NCBI GenBank assembly: GCA_964016885.1
Contig: OZ024745.1
Coordinates: forward strand, 106,950,001 to 107,014,000
Direction: 5' to 3'
Origin: Eledone cirrhosa
Lineage: Eukaryota
DNA length: 64,000 nucleotides
Shown here: in pieces, positions 36,728 through 50,763 of the stretch
How positions within the stretch are numbered: the stretch's first letter is position 1
How the letters are laid out: every line of letters begins with the position of its first letter
Position numbers and translations under genes: made by a program
Notes under the pieces: generated by a model
Database searches by the model: none
Seen by the model: the letters and a program-made list of their open reading frames with translations, nothing else
Told to the model about the DNA's origin: nothing

Positions 36728-36985
36728 TTGTTATACTTTGGGAGGGTCATGTTGCCAATAAGAAACACACGCACCGGTTGATTTCACTTCAATTTATTAT
36801 AATAAATTTATAAATTTAGGAGTTTATAAATTTCCGGTTGGTTGGTTCGTTCCACAACCAGATGGTTGTTTATATATTGTCAAAGTTCTTTCGTCAGACA
36901 TTCTGTGACCTCTTCAGTGACTGGGGATTCTTTTCTTTGTTTTTGTGCCTCTCCTTTGTTCTGTCCTACACCATCTTGTTTCTGT
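36728..36985 (-). mobile_element. Family C HHR mini-element (HHR at 36879-36921)
   Basis: Reverse complement reads gtca-CTGAAGA-ggtcacagaatgtctgac-GAAA-gaac-TT-tgac. Confidence 0.8.
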
Positions 36986-37178
36986 GTGTGTGTTGTGTGC
37001 TCCACATATATACTATATACATATATATATACTATATACACGAAGAAGAGATATCTCGAAAATTAAGGATATTTTAATAAATTTAAGGTAAAAGACTAAC
37101 TGTCAACAATATCTTTTGCATTTGCATTTATATTCTATATCCATACCTGCATTGTCTTGGCCTTACAACTCCAAACGT

Positions 37179-37220
<42 letters not shown>

Positions 37221-37221
37221 G

Positions 37222-37475
<254 letters not shown>

Positions 37476-37876
37476 TATATATATATATATACCTCTGTTG
37501 CCTTGTGTAGTCCACATGTATATTTTTCTGTTTTTCTTTCTATATTTTTCACATTAGGCTAAGCTACTGCACTCCTCGTTTATATCTCTTATCTTTCGGT
37601 TGTAGCCTTCTTTTGTCATTATTTTCCCGGCAGTATCGGTAGAGAGTCGGATGCCATGCTTTGTAGCATAGAGTTACGGTCCTTTACCGTCAGATTTCAA
37701 ATCCCGCCGAGATTTACTTTGCCTTTCATCCTTACGGAGGTCGATAAAATAAAGCACCAGTAACGTACTGGGGTCGATTTAATTGATTTTCCCCTCTCCC
37801 CAAATTACTGGCCAAAATAAAATAAAGAAATATTGTTTAGTAAAATATATATATTAATATATATATATATATATAT

Positions 37877-38007
37877 AGGAACCAGTAAGACCCCGACAGC
37901 TGAGCTCAAGCCGTTTCGACGGCTAATTCTGTCCCACTCTACTACCTCAAGTATTGAGTACTTTGGTGCGTTATGGTCCACCTGGTTCCTTACCACATTT
38001 CCTTCGT

Positions 38008-38008
<1 letters not shown>
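37877..38008. mobile_element. Family F element with inversion and deletion
   Basis: Inverted HHR half joined to the cccactctactacc...ccttcgtta tail. Confidence 0.7.
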
Positions 38009-38039
<31 letters not shown>

Positions 38040-39134
38040 TAATAGGTAATTATATAAAATATGTCCTCTATACATGTGATACCTCATGCAAATATTTAAA
38101 CAAATAGAAAGATATTATAAGATGTGTATGTATATTCTGTCTCTTCATATTCGTATATGTATATTGTATATATGCTTTGTCCAAAATACAAGTCAAACCG
38201 TATAATATTGTGATATTGTCTTATATAGTCCAGTTCCTTGTGTATTTCGTTCAAATTTTTTGGAGATATACTAAACTATACATTTTTGGAAACGTTAGGA
38301 TGTATTGAACACAAAAATCAATGTTGCCATTTTTTTAGGGTTCCGAACATGGCCGTCTTAAGGCTTCAAAATGGCAACCGTTTGAAATCTAAATTTACCA
38401 ATTTATTCACTTCCAAGCCCTGTAGCCATTTACTTTCAGTGGCTAAACTTACATTTTAAGGGGCCAGAAGTCTAGAGAAATTGACTACAATCACTTACGT
38501 TTAACATGAAGAAAGATTTAAAAAATAAAAATACCAATTTTAATGACAAAACTGCAAACACCACATGCAAATATCATATTTCTTCTCTAGATCCACTCAT
38601 AATCAGGATATCGCAGCACGAGTCAAACATAATAAAAATAAATTTGTCTTCACGTACACTTTATTTTAATACATAAAACAATTAATATAGGCTTATTCTG
38701 TGTCATTAATGTTTTATTTTGCCTTTACCTGTTGTGTTAATTTTTTAAAATAAAATCTTGTTTGATGGGGATGCCAAAATTAAATTTGTTTTTGATAGGG
38801 GATGCCGGGCATCCCCGGGCATCCCCTGGCATCCCCTTGTCTACGGGCCTAGTGTGTGTAAGTGTGTGTATGCTCAATATAGGAGGATGAAGGTGTAAGA
38901 ATATAAGGCTTGAGGTGAGGAGGATAACCAAGGTTACCCGTGAGCAATAATACACGTAGTGGTTAAAGGATTGTGGTCAGTAGGTTGAATTTAGAAGGAA
39001 ATTAAAGAGAAGAATGAGTTTGGAGAGGGGTCAGGTGTGCATGTGTGTATGTAGTAGAAAGATGGTTGCTTAGGGAGTGTCATAAAGGATTTATTGAAAC
39101 AACTGATCAGGGTGATGTTAGGTGTGTGCGTATA

Positions 39135-39183
<49 letters not shown>

Positions 39184-40378
39184 ATGTGTATGTATATATG
39201 TGTGTGTGTGTATAGTGGACAAAATGTAGTCTGGTCGAAAACAATTGGTTGGAGTGAGGTTTAATGCATGTGTGTGTGAGTGCTTCTATTGATGTGTGTA
39301 CATTTTTCCTTTCATTACATGTGTGTATTTTTTCAAAAGTGAAATAAGTGAGTTGTTTTATGTGTATTAAAGTGGGTGCATGTATGTTTATTCGTAATTC
39401 TGTCTTCATATTTTATGTTTGTTTATATGCGTATTTAATATGTGTTTATATGTGTGTTCGTGTGTTGTTGTAATGCCTGCTCTATGTGTATGTTTGTGTG
39501 TGTATTGCCAACGAAACAGTGTTTGTGCATATACCTGTGTCGAAGTGTGATTGTGCGTTTGTTTTTCTATAAACTAAGCTAGTGAACAATTTTTTATTCA
39601 CAATTGCACAAATAACATTACCAATATAATGCACAAAAATATATGATCAAAGAGAGAAAAAAAAATGACAAGATAAATGAAGCAAAATAACCCCCATCAA
39701 TTCATCAGCAAGTTCGTCAATCGGTCACACTCCACAGGGATCAACGGAAAACTTTGATCGAATATATCAGTTACCTAATGAAAAAAAAAAAAAGAATAAA
39801 CACCACTATACATATTCTGTGTCAACTTGGAAACTCATTTCATACATAATGATATCTACTATAGGCACAGGGCCAGCAAATACCCCAGTGTATTACTGGT
39901 ACTTTATTTTATCGACCCCGTAAGGATGAAAGGCAAAATGAAAGGCAAAATTAACCTCGGAGGGATTTGGACTAAGACAGCAAAGGGGCGTAACTCTATG
40001 CTACAAAGCATGGCATCCGACCCACTACCGATATTGCCAATCCACCATTTCATATATAATGATTTCCACTATAGACACAAGGCCAGAAATTTGAACGGGA
40101 AGAGAAAGTCGATTAAATAGACCCCAATGTATTACTGGGTGTCTATTTTATCGATCCCGTAACGATGAAAGGCAACGCTAACATAGGCGGGATTTGACTC
40201 GAGACCGTAAAGGGTCGTAACTCTATGCTGCAAAGCATGTGACACCCTGTTCATTATTCGTATACATGTTTACTACTCAGATTTTCTTGGTGCACGCCCC
40301 AACAAACACACATACATACAAACACGCTCCTGCATTCACATACATACTCCTACATCATTCACATAAATACTCACACGC

Positions 40379-40446
<68 letters not shown>

Positions 40447-40560
40447 TTATATATATAATACTTTTAAACACTCACAGTCATTAGCGTCTTTGTTTTTTTC
40501 AGCGTGATCATTACGGCCTTGATAATTCATACAGACACATAGACAACACAAGCACATAAC

Positions 40561-40591
<31 letters not shown>

Positions 40592-41050
40592 ACACACACA
40601 TCTACACACACACATCTACACACGAAAACAAACGTACATGTATAGACATACGAATACATGTTACATATTCATTAACTAATTTACATATTTCTCACACTCT
40701 CCTATATCAGAGAGGTTGAACACATTGATACGAACGAAGTCCACACATAATTTACTTCATTCAAATTCGTATAATCATTGCAGCATCACGTGTATACCCA
40801 CTACCTCCCCCTTTCTCTCCCTCCCTCCACTTTCTCTGTCGATATATCTATTTATCTATCTATGCTTCTATCCAATCTTTTACTCTTCACTCTTTAGATA
40901 ACCATTCCTTCATCATACAACATTGTTACTGTGTATTTTAGCAGACCAGACACCATGAAACATGCACTTGCCCCCCACATAAGAAAATCATAAATAACTA
41001 CACGCATACACACGTTTATATGTATATGAATATATACATATATATATATA

Positions 41051-41113
<63 letters not shown>

Positions 41114-41218
41114 GTGTGTGTGGTGTCCCAAAAATGTATACACCATTCTAATAAATATTGCTTGTACAAGTAATCAAAATGTGTATATATCTTTTAGGAC
41201 ACCCTGATATATATATGT

Positions 41219-41323
<105 letters not shown>

Positions 41324-41348
41324 CACACATATATATATATATATATGT

Positions 41349-41404
<56 letters not shown>

Positions 41405-41409
41405 ATATC

Positions 41410-41527
<118 letters not shown>

Positions 41528-41869
41528 AATGGGTGTGTCTCTGTATGTGATTGTGTGTGTGTGTGTGTGTGTGTATGTGTGTGTATGTACAAACATGTTA
41601 TTCACGCGCACAGTCACACGCGCATTTTTCATCGACATGCGTGCCAAAGAGAAAGTTTAAAGATTATCTTATGACAAGAGTACTGTACTCATTAACACAC
41701 CCAATTACCTCTGTTGACACCCGCAGATGCAATCAAAGTACACTTAATTGCCTGTTGCCAGTGAAAATTATGCTTATGTGTCAGTACTGTTATTTACATA
41801 TTCTTTACAACGTTATCTCTGAGTGGGGGCAAAGGATTTTGTGTATCTATATATGCTAGGGTGTGTGTG

Positions 41870-42510
41870 CGTGTGGGTTTGTGTCTAAGTTTGTGTGCGC
41901 GTGTGTATGTTTGAGTTTGTGTGTGCGTTTGTTTGTGTCTATGGCTGTGTGTGCGTGTGTATGTTTGCTTGCTTTCGTGTCTATGTTTGTGTGTTCATGT
42001 GTATGTTTGTGTCTAAGTTTGTGCGTGCGTGTGTATGGTTGTGTGCTTTTGTGTTTATGTCTGTGTGTTCATGTGTATGTTTGTGGTGGTTTGTGTCTAA
42101 GTGTGTGCGTGCGTGTGTATGTTTGCGTGCTTTTGTGTCTAAGTTTGTGCGTGCGTGTGTATGTTGCGTGCTTTTGTGTCTATGTTTGTGTGTCCATGTG
42201 TATGTTTGTGGTGGTTTGTGTCTAAGTTTGTGCGTGCGTGTGTATGTTTGTGTGCTTTTGTGTCTATGTTTGTGTGTTCATGTGTATGTTTGTGATGGTT
42301 TGTGTCTAAGTTTGTGCGTACATGTGTATGTTTGCGTGCTTTTGTGTCTATGTCTGTGTGTTCATGTGTATGTTTGTGGTGGTTTGTGTCTAAATTTGTG
42401 CGTGCGTGTGTATGTTTGCGTGCTTTTGTGTCTATGTTTGTGCGTTCATGTGTATGTTTATGGTGGTTTGTGTCTAAGTTTGTGCGTACGTGTGTATGTT
42501 TGCGTGAGTT
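41870..42510. repeat. GT-rich minisatellite, ~42/84-bp period
   Basis: Units gtgtatgtttg...gtgtctaagtttgtgcg. Confidence 0.8.
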
Positions 42511-42933
42511 TCTGTATACGCGTTTGTGTATATGCATTTTCTTTTATTTATAGCTCCATAGAGCAGTCATGATCGTGCGTCCTGTCATGTATTTTGGGAC
42601 TTAGTATACACAACGCTGTATTGCCTAATGCATGCCTTTTATTCATTTTTCAATTTATATTTTATTTTAGGTGGTAGGATGTGGTATCAGTAATATTTGA
42701 ATGCTGTTTGAAGCTAATGTACTCACGATGTAGAAACCTTTACGCTGGCTCGCTGATTCGAGCGTGTATTTAGATAATTTGTGTATGCATGCATTTTGTA
42801 TGCGGATATGTGCATGTAGGTGTGCGTGTGTGTGTTTGAGTGAAAAAAACTGGGAAATAGATTCAGGCCAGATGTTAAGTGTTGCAACCAGCCCTTCAAG
42901 TATTTCAGTAATCAGTAGTAAATACATATGGTT

Positions 42934-42990
<57 letters not shown>

Positions 42991-43018
42991 CTTTGTATAT
43001 ATATATATATATATATAT

Positions 43019-43230
43019 AACGAAGGAAATGTGGTAAGGAACCAGGTGGACCATAACACACCAAAGTACTCAATACTTAGGGTAGTAGAGTGGGTAATAG
43101 GAACGAGTAGGACCCCGACGGCTGAGCTCAAGCCGTTTCGACGGCTAATTCTGGACTAAAATCAGCTAATTTAGTCCAGAATTAGCCGTCGAAACGGCTT
43201 GAGCTCAGCCGTCGGGGTCCTACTCGTTCT
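43019..43230. mobile_element. Family F fold-back element
   Basis: Palindrome ~43101-43230 centred on a 22-bp-stem hairpin gacggctaattctggactaaaa / ttttagtccagaattagccgtc. Confidence 0.8.
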
Positions 43231-43358
43231 TATATATATATAAATCGGTGCCCCAGCATGGCCTCAGCCGGATGGCTGAAACAGGTAAAAGGGTAAAAGA
43301 GTAAATATATATGTATATATATATGTATATATATATATATACATAAACATACACATAT

Positions 43359-43464
<106 letters not shown>

Positions 43465-43869
43465 AAACGAACTGCACAATCCCGCCTTGCTATCGAGGTA
43501 TCAATTTCTTTAACATTCTTTTTCATTCGGTGTTTATAATTTCTTTTTGTTTGTTTTTATTTTACTATATATATATATGTATATAACTGAAAGCCAGCTG
43601 TGATTCAAATCATTTCATGAAACCAGAATTAGAGGTCACATTCTTATTTCCTTTCATTGTTAACGTTCGACCAGCTGTCCTGGATTTTAAAGCCTCACGG
43701 GATTAATTATTCTAACTCTGTTAAGATTAATAAAGTTGGTGTTGGTCTGTAGTCCCAGCTCCTAACTGGTCGAACAAACATGAGAGCACAGACAATCCAG
43801 TAATGACCATCTTATTTATTTTCTCACTTTTGGGGGCTTTTCAAGTCAACACATTGTACTATCGTACTG

Positions 43870-44060
43870 TATCATCCCCGGAAGTGGAGATTTCTGGTGT
43901 CCTCGACCCTTGGGCCACCTTCCTACTCACCACCATAGGCGCTGAGCTGGCCAGCCGCAGGTGTGAACCCCGCGAGTTGGAGTGGCTTTTCCAGCGCGTC
44001 TCCCTTGCTGTCCTCCGCGGGAACGCCTTCTCCATCCTGTCCGCCGGGGCTGTGGGGGGC
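43870..44060 (+). mobile_element. CRE-clade 3' fragment
   Basis: VEISGVL...LEWLFQRVSLAVLRGNAFSIL. Confidence 0.65.
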
Positions 44061-44461
44061 CCCCATCGCGTTACATTCCATATTTAGGTATCTGTGTTCT
44101 CACATGTAGACGCACGTCCTTTACCATAGTGGTGTGTCCCTAAACGAAGTTTATTTCCTTTAATAGTTACAATGTAGTTTGTCTGCAGTATGTATACAAT
44201 GAGAAGATATGTTAGTGATTTGGCTGGTATTTTTCTCAGGTGGAGGGATAACTAAGAAAATACTTCTCCCGCACTAATACACCTGTACCCCCTCCACCCA
44301 CACCCCCACTTCCACACACACACACACACACACATCTCTACAAACCAGAATATTTGCCGATGATTCATCGTCTAGTAGAGTAGTAGATACTGTCAAGAGT
44401 TTCCAAAGAATGGATCAAGGAAAAAAAAAAAAAAACGTTCTATGTAATGTACATATATACA

Positions 44462-44614
44462 CAGGTAAAATTCCGTTATAACGAATACCATTATAATGAA
44501 TTTTTTAGTACCCGGCCACACGCTCGATGTGTTAGGTCGATCTCGATATACAGAATTTTTCATTACAACGAATTTTTTATACCCCATGAATTTCGTTATA
44601 ACGGAATTTCACTG
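44462..44614. mobile_element. pogo/Tigger-like MITE
   Basis: TIRs caggtaaaattccgttataacgaa / ttcgttataacggaatttcactg-TA. Confidence 0.7.
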
Positions 44615-44677
<63 letters not shown>

Positions 44678-44679
<2 letters not shown>

Positions 44680-44723
44680 GATTTCATCTGAATGAAACAG
44701 TACTAGTCCTGTAGAAGCTCCTT

Positions 44724-44767
<44 letters not shown>

Positions 44768-44864
44768 ATATATATATTCCTGTAGAATCTCATCTATATA
44801 TATATATATATTTTATATATATATATATATATATTTTATATATATATTCCTGTAGAATCTCATC

Positions 44865-44900
<36 letters not shown>

Positions 44901-45009
44901 TATATGATATTCTACAGGACTAGAACTGTTTCATTCTTGAGAAATCATCTGGTATGTATTGAGTACCTTACTTACTGTGGTTACCTCCGATTCAACCCGG
45001 AATAACTTA

Positions 45010-45010
<1 letters not shown>
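44678..45010. mobile_element. Cluster of family E HHR fragments among (TA)n runs
   Basis: gaaacagtactagtcctgtagaa, two cctgtagaatctcatc stubs, an inverted HHR and the gtattgagtacc tail. Confidence 0.65.
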
Positions 45011-45039
<29 letters not shown>

Positions 45040-45042
<3 letters not shown>

Positions 45043-45069
45043 TGGGTGTTGTCATGAGATGTATATATA

Positions 45070-45149
<80 letters not shown>

Positions 45150-45180
45150 TATATATACATCTCATGACAACACCCAAGAT
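45040..45180. repeat. Palindrome centred on a (TA)n run
   Basis: atcttgggtgttgtcatgagatgtatatataaaca-(TA)n-tgtttatatatacatctcatgacaacacccaagat. Confidence 0.85.
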
Positions 45181-45489
45181 CATAAGATAACGACGATGTG
45201 TAGGAAGTAGTAATTTGAGAGTGTATTTGCTGTGAAAACTTCTTCCCTACCTCTCTCTGCCATGCACAGTGTTTACAAGACAGACCCATCCTCTAGTCAG
45301 TAAAATAGCAATCAATATATGTATGTGTGTGTCTTTTTATAGACACAGAAAGAGAAATAGAAAACAACGGCTGTCCATATGCAATGATTTTCGGACAACA
45401 AATATAACATCTAGCAATGTATTAAACTATCAATCTGCTTGTCTCCCAGTTTATCTATCTATCTATCTTTTTGTTAAGAAAAATGTTCA

Positions 45490-46390
45490 AAATGACCACC
45501 TTCCATAGATATGCACATATTAAGTCTCTTCACGAACATGCAGCTTCACGGTGTTCTTTTGTTATTTTGGCGAATGCAGTTGATATAGACTGTTTCAGTT
45601 CTTTAACTGTTTAAAGAGAGGAAACGTGTACAATAGACTTAATATGTTCCCACAAATGGATCCTTTTTTTTTCACACGGTGAGACTAGCAGTCTTATCAG
45701 ATCGAAACAGTTGTTGTATATATGGTGGTTCATAAGGCTTCCAGCCGATATCGTGAGAGATGTTGATGGTGCTTTTGCGAAAGTCTCTTCAATCTGCTTC
45801 ATCCTGTCTTCATCTTGTCTTCATTTTGTCTTCATCTTGTCTTCATCTTGTCTTCATCTTGTCTTCATCTAAATTGGGGATTCCATTCTTGTCAAGGTCA
45901 TGTACTGGTCCCGTTACTTTGAAATTTACAAAGCAAACTCATATTATTTTGTGTGAAGGGCTGGTGATTTGTGCTGAGTTGATCATTTTCGCTGAACAAC
46001 AGTTACAGACTTGAACTCTGCCATTAACAAAACAATAGAAATTGTTTCTTCTGTTGACAATTTTGTATAATAATGATTTCTACTATAGGCACAAGGCCAG
46101 CAATTATCTCAGTGTATTACTGGTACTTTATTTTATCGACCCCGTAAAGATGAAAGGCAAAGTTAACCCCGGCGGGATTTAAACTCAGATCATAATGGGC
46201 CGTAACTCTTTGCTGCAAAGAATGGCGTCAGACCCTCTACCGATATGAAAATGAAATCATTACTTGTTTACACATAACAATTTATTTAATTGGTGAATAT
46301 TTTTGACTAATCAAATTTCAATATATATGGCGTATGTTAGTTACATAATCATCAAAAATAAACTAGGAAGGGACTTTCCACTCACCCTGT
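45490..46390 (-). pseudogene. Highly decayed Tc1/mariner-type transposase remnant with a SINE inserted
   Basis: Fragments IEETFAKAPSTS and LWEHIKSIVH; end cactcaccctg. Confidence 0.4.
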
Positions 46391-46397
46391 CTATATA

Positions 46398-46470
<73 letters not shown>

Positions 46471-46473
46471 TAA

Positions 46474-46562
46474 ATGGCGTAGACATACAATACAAATACA
46501 ACAGGAGGAAATATAATAGTACCACTGATGATGTTGCAGATGTGGAACGAAAGAACTTTGAT

Positions 46563-46613
<51 letters not shown>

Positions 46614-47160
46614 TTTTAACCGCTGGTCAATCAATGGTAAACATTGATTGTCAAATAAATTAACTATGGAGATATATATAAAAGATACAGAAACGAAGCG
46701 TAAACCAACCCAAACCAAATAGTGAGTGTGTTCTGTTATTATTGCTGGCAATGTTACAACAATATGACCCTCCCCAAGTATAACAATATATATATATATA
46801 TTTAAATATATAACGGCGATGAATTAGTTTTGCGAGGTTTTTTATATGAAATCGTGTGTCGAAACAAATATTGTTATACTTGGAGAGGGTCATATTTGTG
46901 TAATATTGCCAGAATTAATAACAGAACACACTCACTGTTTGGTTGGTTTTCGCTTTTCGCTTCTGTGTCTTTTATATCGGTAATCTAATTTATTCGGTCC
47001 TCAATGTTGCCATTGCCTGACGAACGGTCAAAAATAATACAGATACAATATAGACACAAACACATATATATAGTTTATCAAAGTTCTTTCGTTGCACATC
47101 TGCAACATCGTCACTGGTGCTATTGTTTCCTCCCGTTACATTGTATGTCTACGCCATCTT
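46474..47160. mobile_element. Two diverged family C elements tail-to-tail (46474-46788 plus, 46812-47160 minus)
   Basis: HHR at 46521-46562 (+) and a degenerate HHR at ~47077-47120 (-). The minus copy has the ORF-start extension MTLSKYNNICFDTRFHIKNLAKLIHRR. Confidence 0.75.
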
Positions 47161-47272
47161 TATTTAGTCTGTTTATATATTTATTTATTTGTTTATTTTA
47201 TTTTGTCTTCTTTGCGCATGCGTTAGCGTGTGTGTATACACACACGCAAACGCATGAGCAAAGACAAAATAA

Positions 47273-47328
<56 letters not shown>

Positions 47329-47996
47329 ATATACATATATATATACATATGCTTTTGTGTTTCTTCAGGCTTTTGTCTAGCTCCAGGACAGCGGTAATCA
47401 TGTAAAATAGTGATGTCATTCAATCTATAAAAATCCTGTTCTTTTTATTTTATTCAAAGATATGGCTAACATTACACTATGCAGTGTGTTATACATCAAT
47501 GAATAACAGGTAAGATATAACAGAAAAGAAATTTGGCTGCTATTTCTAACCGCTGGATAGACCACACAGATTGTTCCTCACTAAGATGACAATTATTTTC
47601 GTGTTTATCTAGGCTGTTATTCTAGTTATTGTTGTTTTTTGAGCTTCTAATCAAATGTGATCGAAGAAAAAACGTCATCAAAAGCGTTCAAGCTCTGACC
47701 ACCCTGTCTTTCATTGTACAATTTATACTTATTTAATGTGTGATTTCAAGAATATTTGGGTTCTGTCGAAACAGGTGACACTACATTGCTAGTTTGTTTC
47801 CTTTCTTGTTGATTGTCGGCCAGCTGTAGCCTCTGAAGTGGATTCTCCAGCCTCACGGGACTAATTATTTTATCTGTTTTTTCAGGTGTTTAATGTTTGT
47901 CTCAGTGCTATGTTGTGTCAGCAGTATTTCTTTCTTTGGCGCATACACACACAAACACACACATACGCACATCCACACATACGCACACACACATAT

Positions 47997-48040
<44 letters not shown>

Positions 48041-48285
48041 ACACATAAAGAAAAGAAAAATACTTAAACAAGTTTCTAAATCTAGAAGTAATTGTAAACA
48101 TGAATACTGTCAAAATATATGTGTTCTGCACATATGTTTTTCGTGGAGAGTTTTGACCGCACACACACACACACACATACACACACACACATACACACAC
48201 ATATACACACACAGACACACAGACAGACACACAGACAGACACATACACAGGCAAACACACATATATATATATATATATATGGAAA

Positions 48286-48358
48286 AAAGATGAAATCGAA
48301 AATGCAACTGGAGTCTTTTTTTTTAAAAAGACTTGAGTTGCATTTTCGATTTCATCTT
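48286..48358. repeat. Short fold-back palindrome next to (TA)n
   Basis: aagatgaaatcgaaaatgcaact...agttgcattttcgatttcatctt. Confidence 0.75.
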
Positions 48359-48455
48359 ATTTTCGATTTCGTCTTTTTTCCTTATACTTTCACTCGTGCA
48401 GGACACCTCGTTTTTTTTCATTTTGTAAAAAATACCTCACTTTCTAATATATATA

Positions 48456-49336
48456 CGAGGTGTGTTAGAAAAGTTCCAGGACTGATGTCACAAAAGATTT
48501 ATTTCAAACCCAAACTTCACAATAAGAGTTTTCTCCCTCAAAGTAATCCCCCTGGAGTATGTAACTGTAATCTTAGCTCTCTGCAGCGATCAAACTTTTT
48601 TCTTCATAATTTTATATACATGTCCTCTGTTTCAGGTCATCAAGCAATGAGCACAGAGCAACGAACAAACTTGAAAACACCGTCAGAAGCACTGGGATTG
48701 CTGCAGCAAGTGTATGGAGATGAGATGATGTCACGCTCACGTGTTTTTGAGTGGTGCAAGAGGTTTAAAGAAGGACGCGAGGACGTGGAAGATGACCCCA
48801 TGAGCGGAAGGCCCTCAACAACCAGGACTGAGGTCAGGCAGATGGTGCGTAGTGATCGACGGCTGACTGTTCGACTGATGGCAAATAAGCTGGGCATGAA
48901 TCGGGACAGCGTCTGGAAGATTCTCACTGAAGATTTGGACATGAGGAAAGTCTGCGTGAAGATGGTGCCAAAACCGCTGAACGATGAGCAGAGGGGTCGA
49001 CGGATGCAAGTGTGCCAGGACATCCTCGAGCGTCTTGAAATTGAACCAGACTTGCTAGGGACAGTCATCACAGGTGATGAGTCATGGATCTTCGAGTACG
49101 ACCCGGAGGGGATCCGTTTTGAAGACGTGGACAACATCAAAAAGGCCATGACGACGGAACTGCGGAGGATCCCGGAAGAAGCCTGCCAAGAGTACATGCA
49201 AGCGTGGCAGAAAAGGATGGAAAAGTGCATTAGACTCCAGGGGGATTACTTTGAAGGGGAACACTCTTAGTGGGAAATTTGGGTTTGAAATAAATCTTTT
49301 GTGACATCAGTCCTGGAACTTTTCTGACCCACCTCG
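48456..49336 (+). mobile_element. Internally deleted mariner transposon
   Basis: ~60-bp TIRs cgaggtgtgttagaaaagttccaggactgatgtcacaaaagatttatttcaaacccaaa and its reverse complement; TA TSD. Confidence 0.92.
48647..49270 (+). CDS. Truncated mariner transposase (DNA-binding domain and C-terminus; catalytic core deleted), 207 aa
   Basis: RVFEWCKRFKEGREDVEDD.MSGRP, KMVPKPL, TGDESW, then YDPE|GIRF...KCIRLQGDYFE in one frame. Confidence 0.65.
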   Translation: MSTEQRTNLKTPSEALGLLQQVYGDEMMSRSRVFEWCKRFKEGREDVEDDPMSGRPSTTRTEVRQMVRSDRRLTVRLMANKLGMNRDSVWKILTEDLDMRKVCVKMVPKPLNDEQRGRRMQVCQDILERLEIEPDLLGTVITGDESWIFEYDPEGIRFEDVDNIKKAMTTELRRIPEEACQEYMQAWQKRMEKCIRLQGDYFEGEHS

Positions 49337-49804
49337 TATATAGCTTCCTGAGGTATATTGGGAGGCGACCACTGTTAAAAACGTTGCTCAAAACGTTAGT
49401 AGAATATAGATCTATTCATTTTATTCTAGACATGACTTCTACAGAGATATCATTGTTTTATTCGTAAGAAATCATCAAGAATAAAACAGTTCTAGTTTAT
49501 AGGCATTTATAGGCGCCTTAAGGCGAAGCATTCTGTTGACTGTTATTTGTGGGAAGTTTCAATTAGAATTGCGTGTGTGTGAATGTATTCATAAGATATG
49601 TAAGTGTGTAGTATTTTAGCTGTTTCCAGATAGACTGTTGTTGAAGCAGTGAAGTCGATGGATCTCAGAACTGTCGCTAATAAACTGCACAAAAATCCGG
49701 AGATAATAGGAAAAATTCTAAGTAGAAAAAAGTACAGAGGAAAAATTAACAACCGTGTTTTCAATGTAAAAGGAATTAGTATATATATATATATATATAT
49801 ATAT

Positions 49805-50225
49805 AACGAAAAGTTTAACAAGGTTCATTGATTAATCAATGAATAAAGTTTTACAATAGATTAGAAGCACTCAACAGTTAGGTTTTCTGGAGTTATTAAT
49901 ATTACTTCGAAATATTAATAAATATAGGCATTCCTGTGATCAAATATATTTTATTATACATATTTCAGAGGTAATGAGCTATTTCATCAGTACGTCCTCA
50001 TCAGATAAAATAAATTGATGTCTGACATACCTCAACTGTGCTGATGGTTCAATTCCAGTCTTGACTGTGAATTGAACCATCAGGACAGTTGAGGTATGTC
50101 AGACATCAATTTATTTTATCTGATGAGGACGTACTGATGAAATAGCTCATTACCTCTGAAATATGTATAATAAAATATATTTGATCACAGGAATGCCTAT
50201 ATTTATTAATATTTCGAAGTAATAT
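49805..50225. mobile_element. Family G fold-back palindrome (49899-50225) with an HHR on each strand
   Basis: ~157-bp near-perfect arms. Plus HHR at 50113-50176: attttat-CTGATGA-gg...cctct-GAAA-tatgta-TA-ataaaat. Confidence 0.85.
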
Positions 50226-50344
50226 ATATATATATATATATATAATAGTTAAAACAGAAAACAAAAACAATAGCGAAGAGTGCAGTACAAAGTGTTAGTA
50301 TTAGGTTCGCGCTTGAGAGTGTGTGTGTGTGGGGGCGGGGGGTG

Positions 50345-50417
<73 letters not shown>

Positions 50418-50420
<3 letters not shown>

Positions 50421-50731
50421 GAAGTAATTCCGTCGGAAAAGTCCAGGAAAAAAGAGTGCTCTATATAGGTAACAGAGCTTAATAGTTATGTAATAAACAA
50501 CATAAGGCAATTATTTCATTTACCAGTGGTTTCTTAAAAGCAAAAAAATTTTGCTTTCAATCATCAGAATGAAAAAATCCTGGTGTATTTATAGGCGTTG
50601 GATTTTAATTTTTAAAATCCAACGCCAATAAATACACCAGGATTTTTCATTCTGATGATTGAAAGCAAATTTTTTTTTGCTTTTAAGAAACCACTGGTAA
50701 ATGAAATAATTGCCTTATGTTGTTTATTACA

Positions 50732-50738
<7 letters not shown>
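50418..50738. mobile_element. Family I fold-back palindrome (50482-50738) with an HHR on each strand
   Basis: Plus HHR at 50645-50706: tttcatt-CTGATGA-ttgaaagcaaa...tttgcttttaa-GAAA-ccactgg-TA-aatgaaa. Confidence 0.9.

Positions 50739-50763
<25 letters not shown>

Noticed and set aside
48119-48646. N-terminal extension of the 383-aa ORF, suggesting a host-transposase fusion
   Set aside because: It runs through microsatellite, a palindrome and the TIR; chance read-through with no domain.
49620-49785. Possible host exon (TVVEAVKSMDLRTVANKLHKNPEIIGK...)
   Set aside because: In-frame stop right after the candidate acceptor, no clear donor and no recognisable homology.
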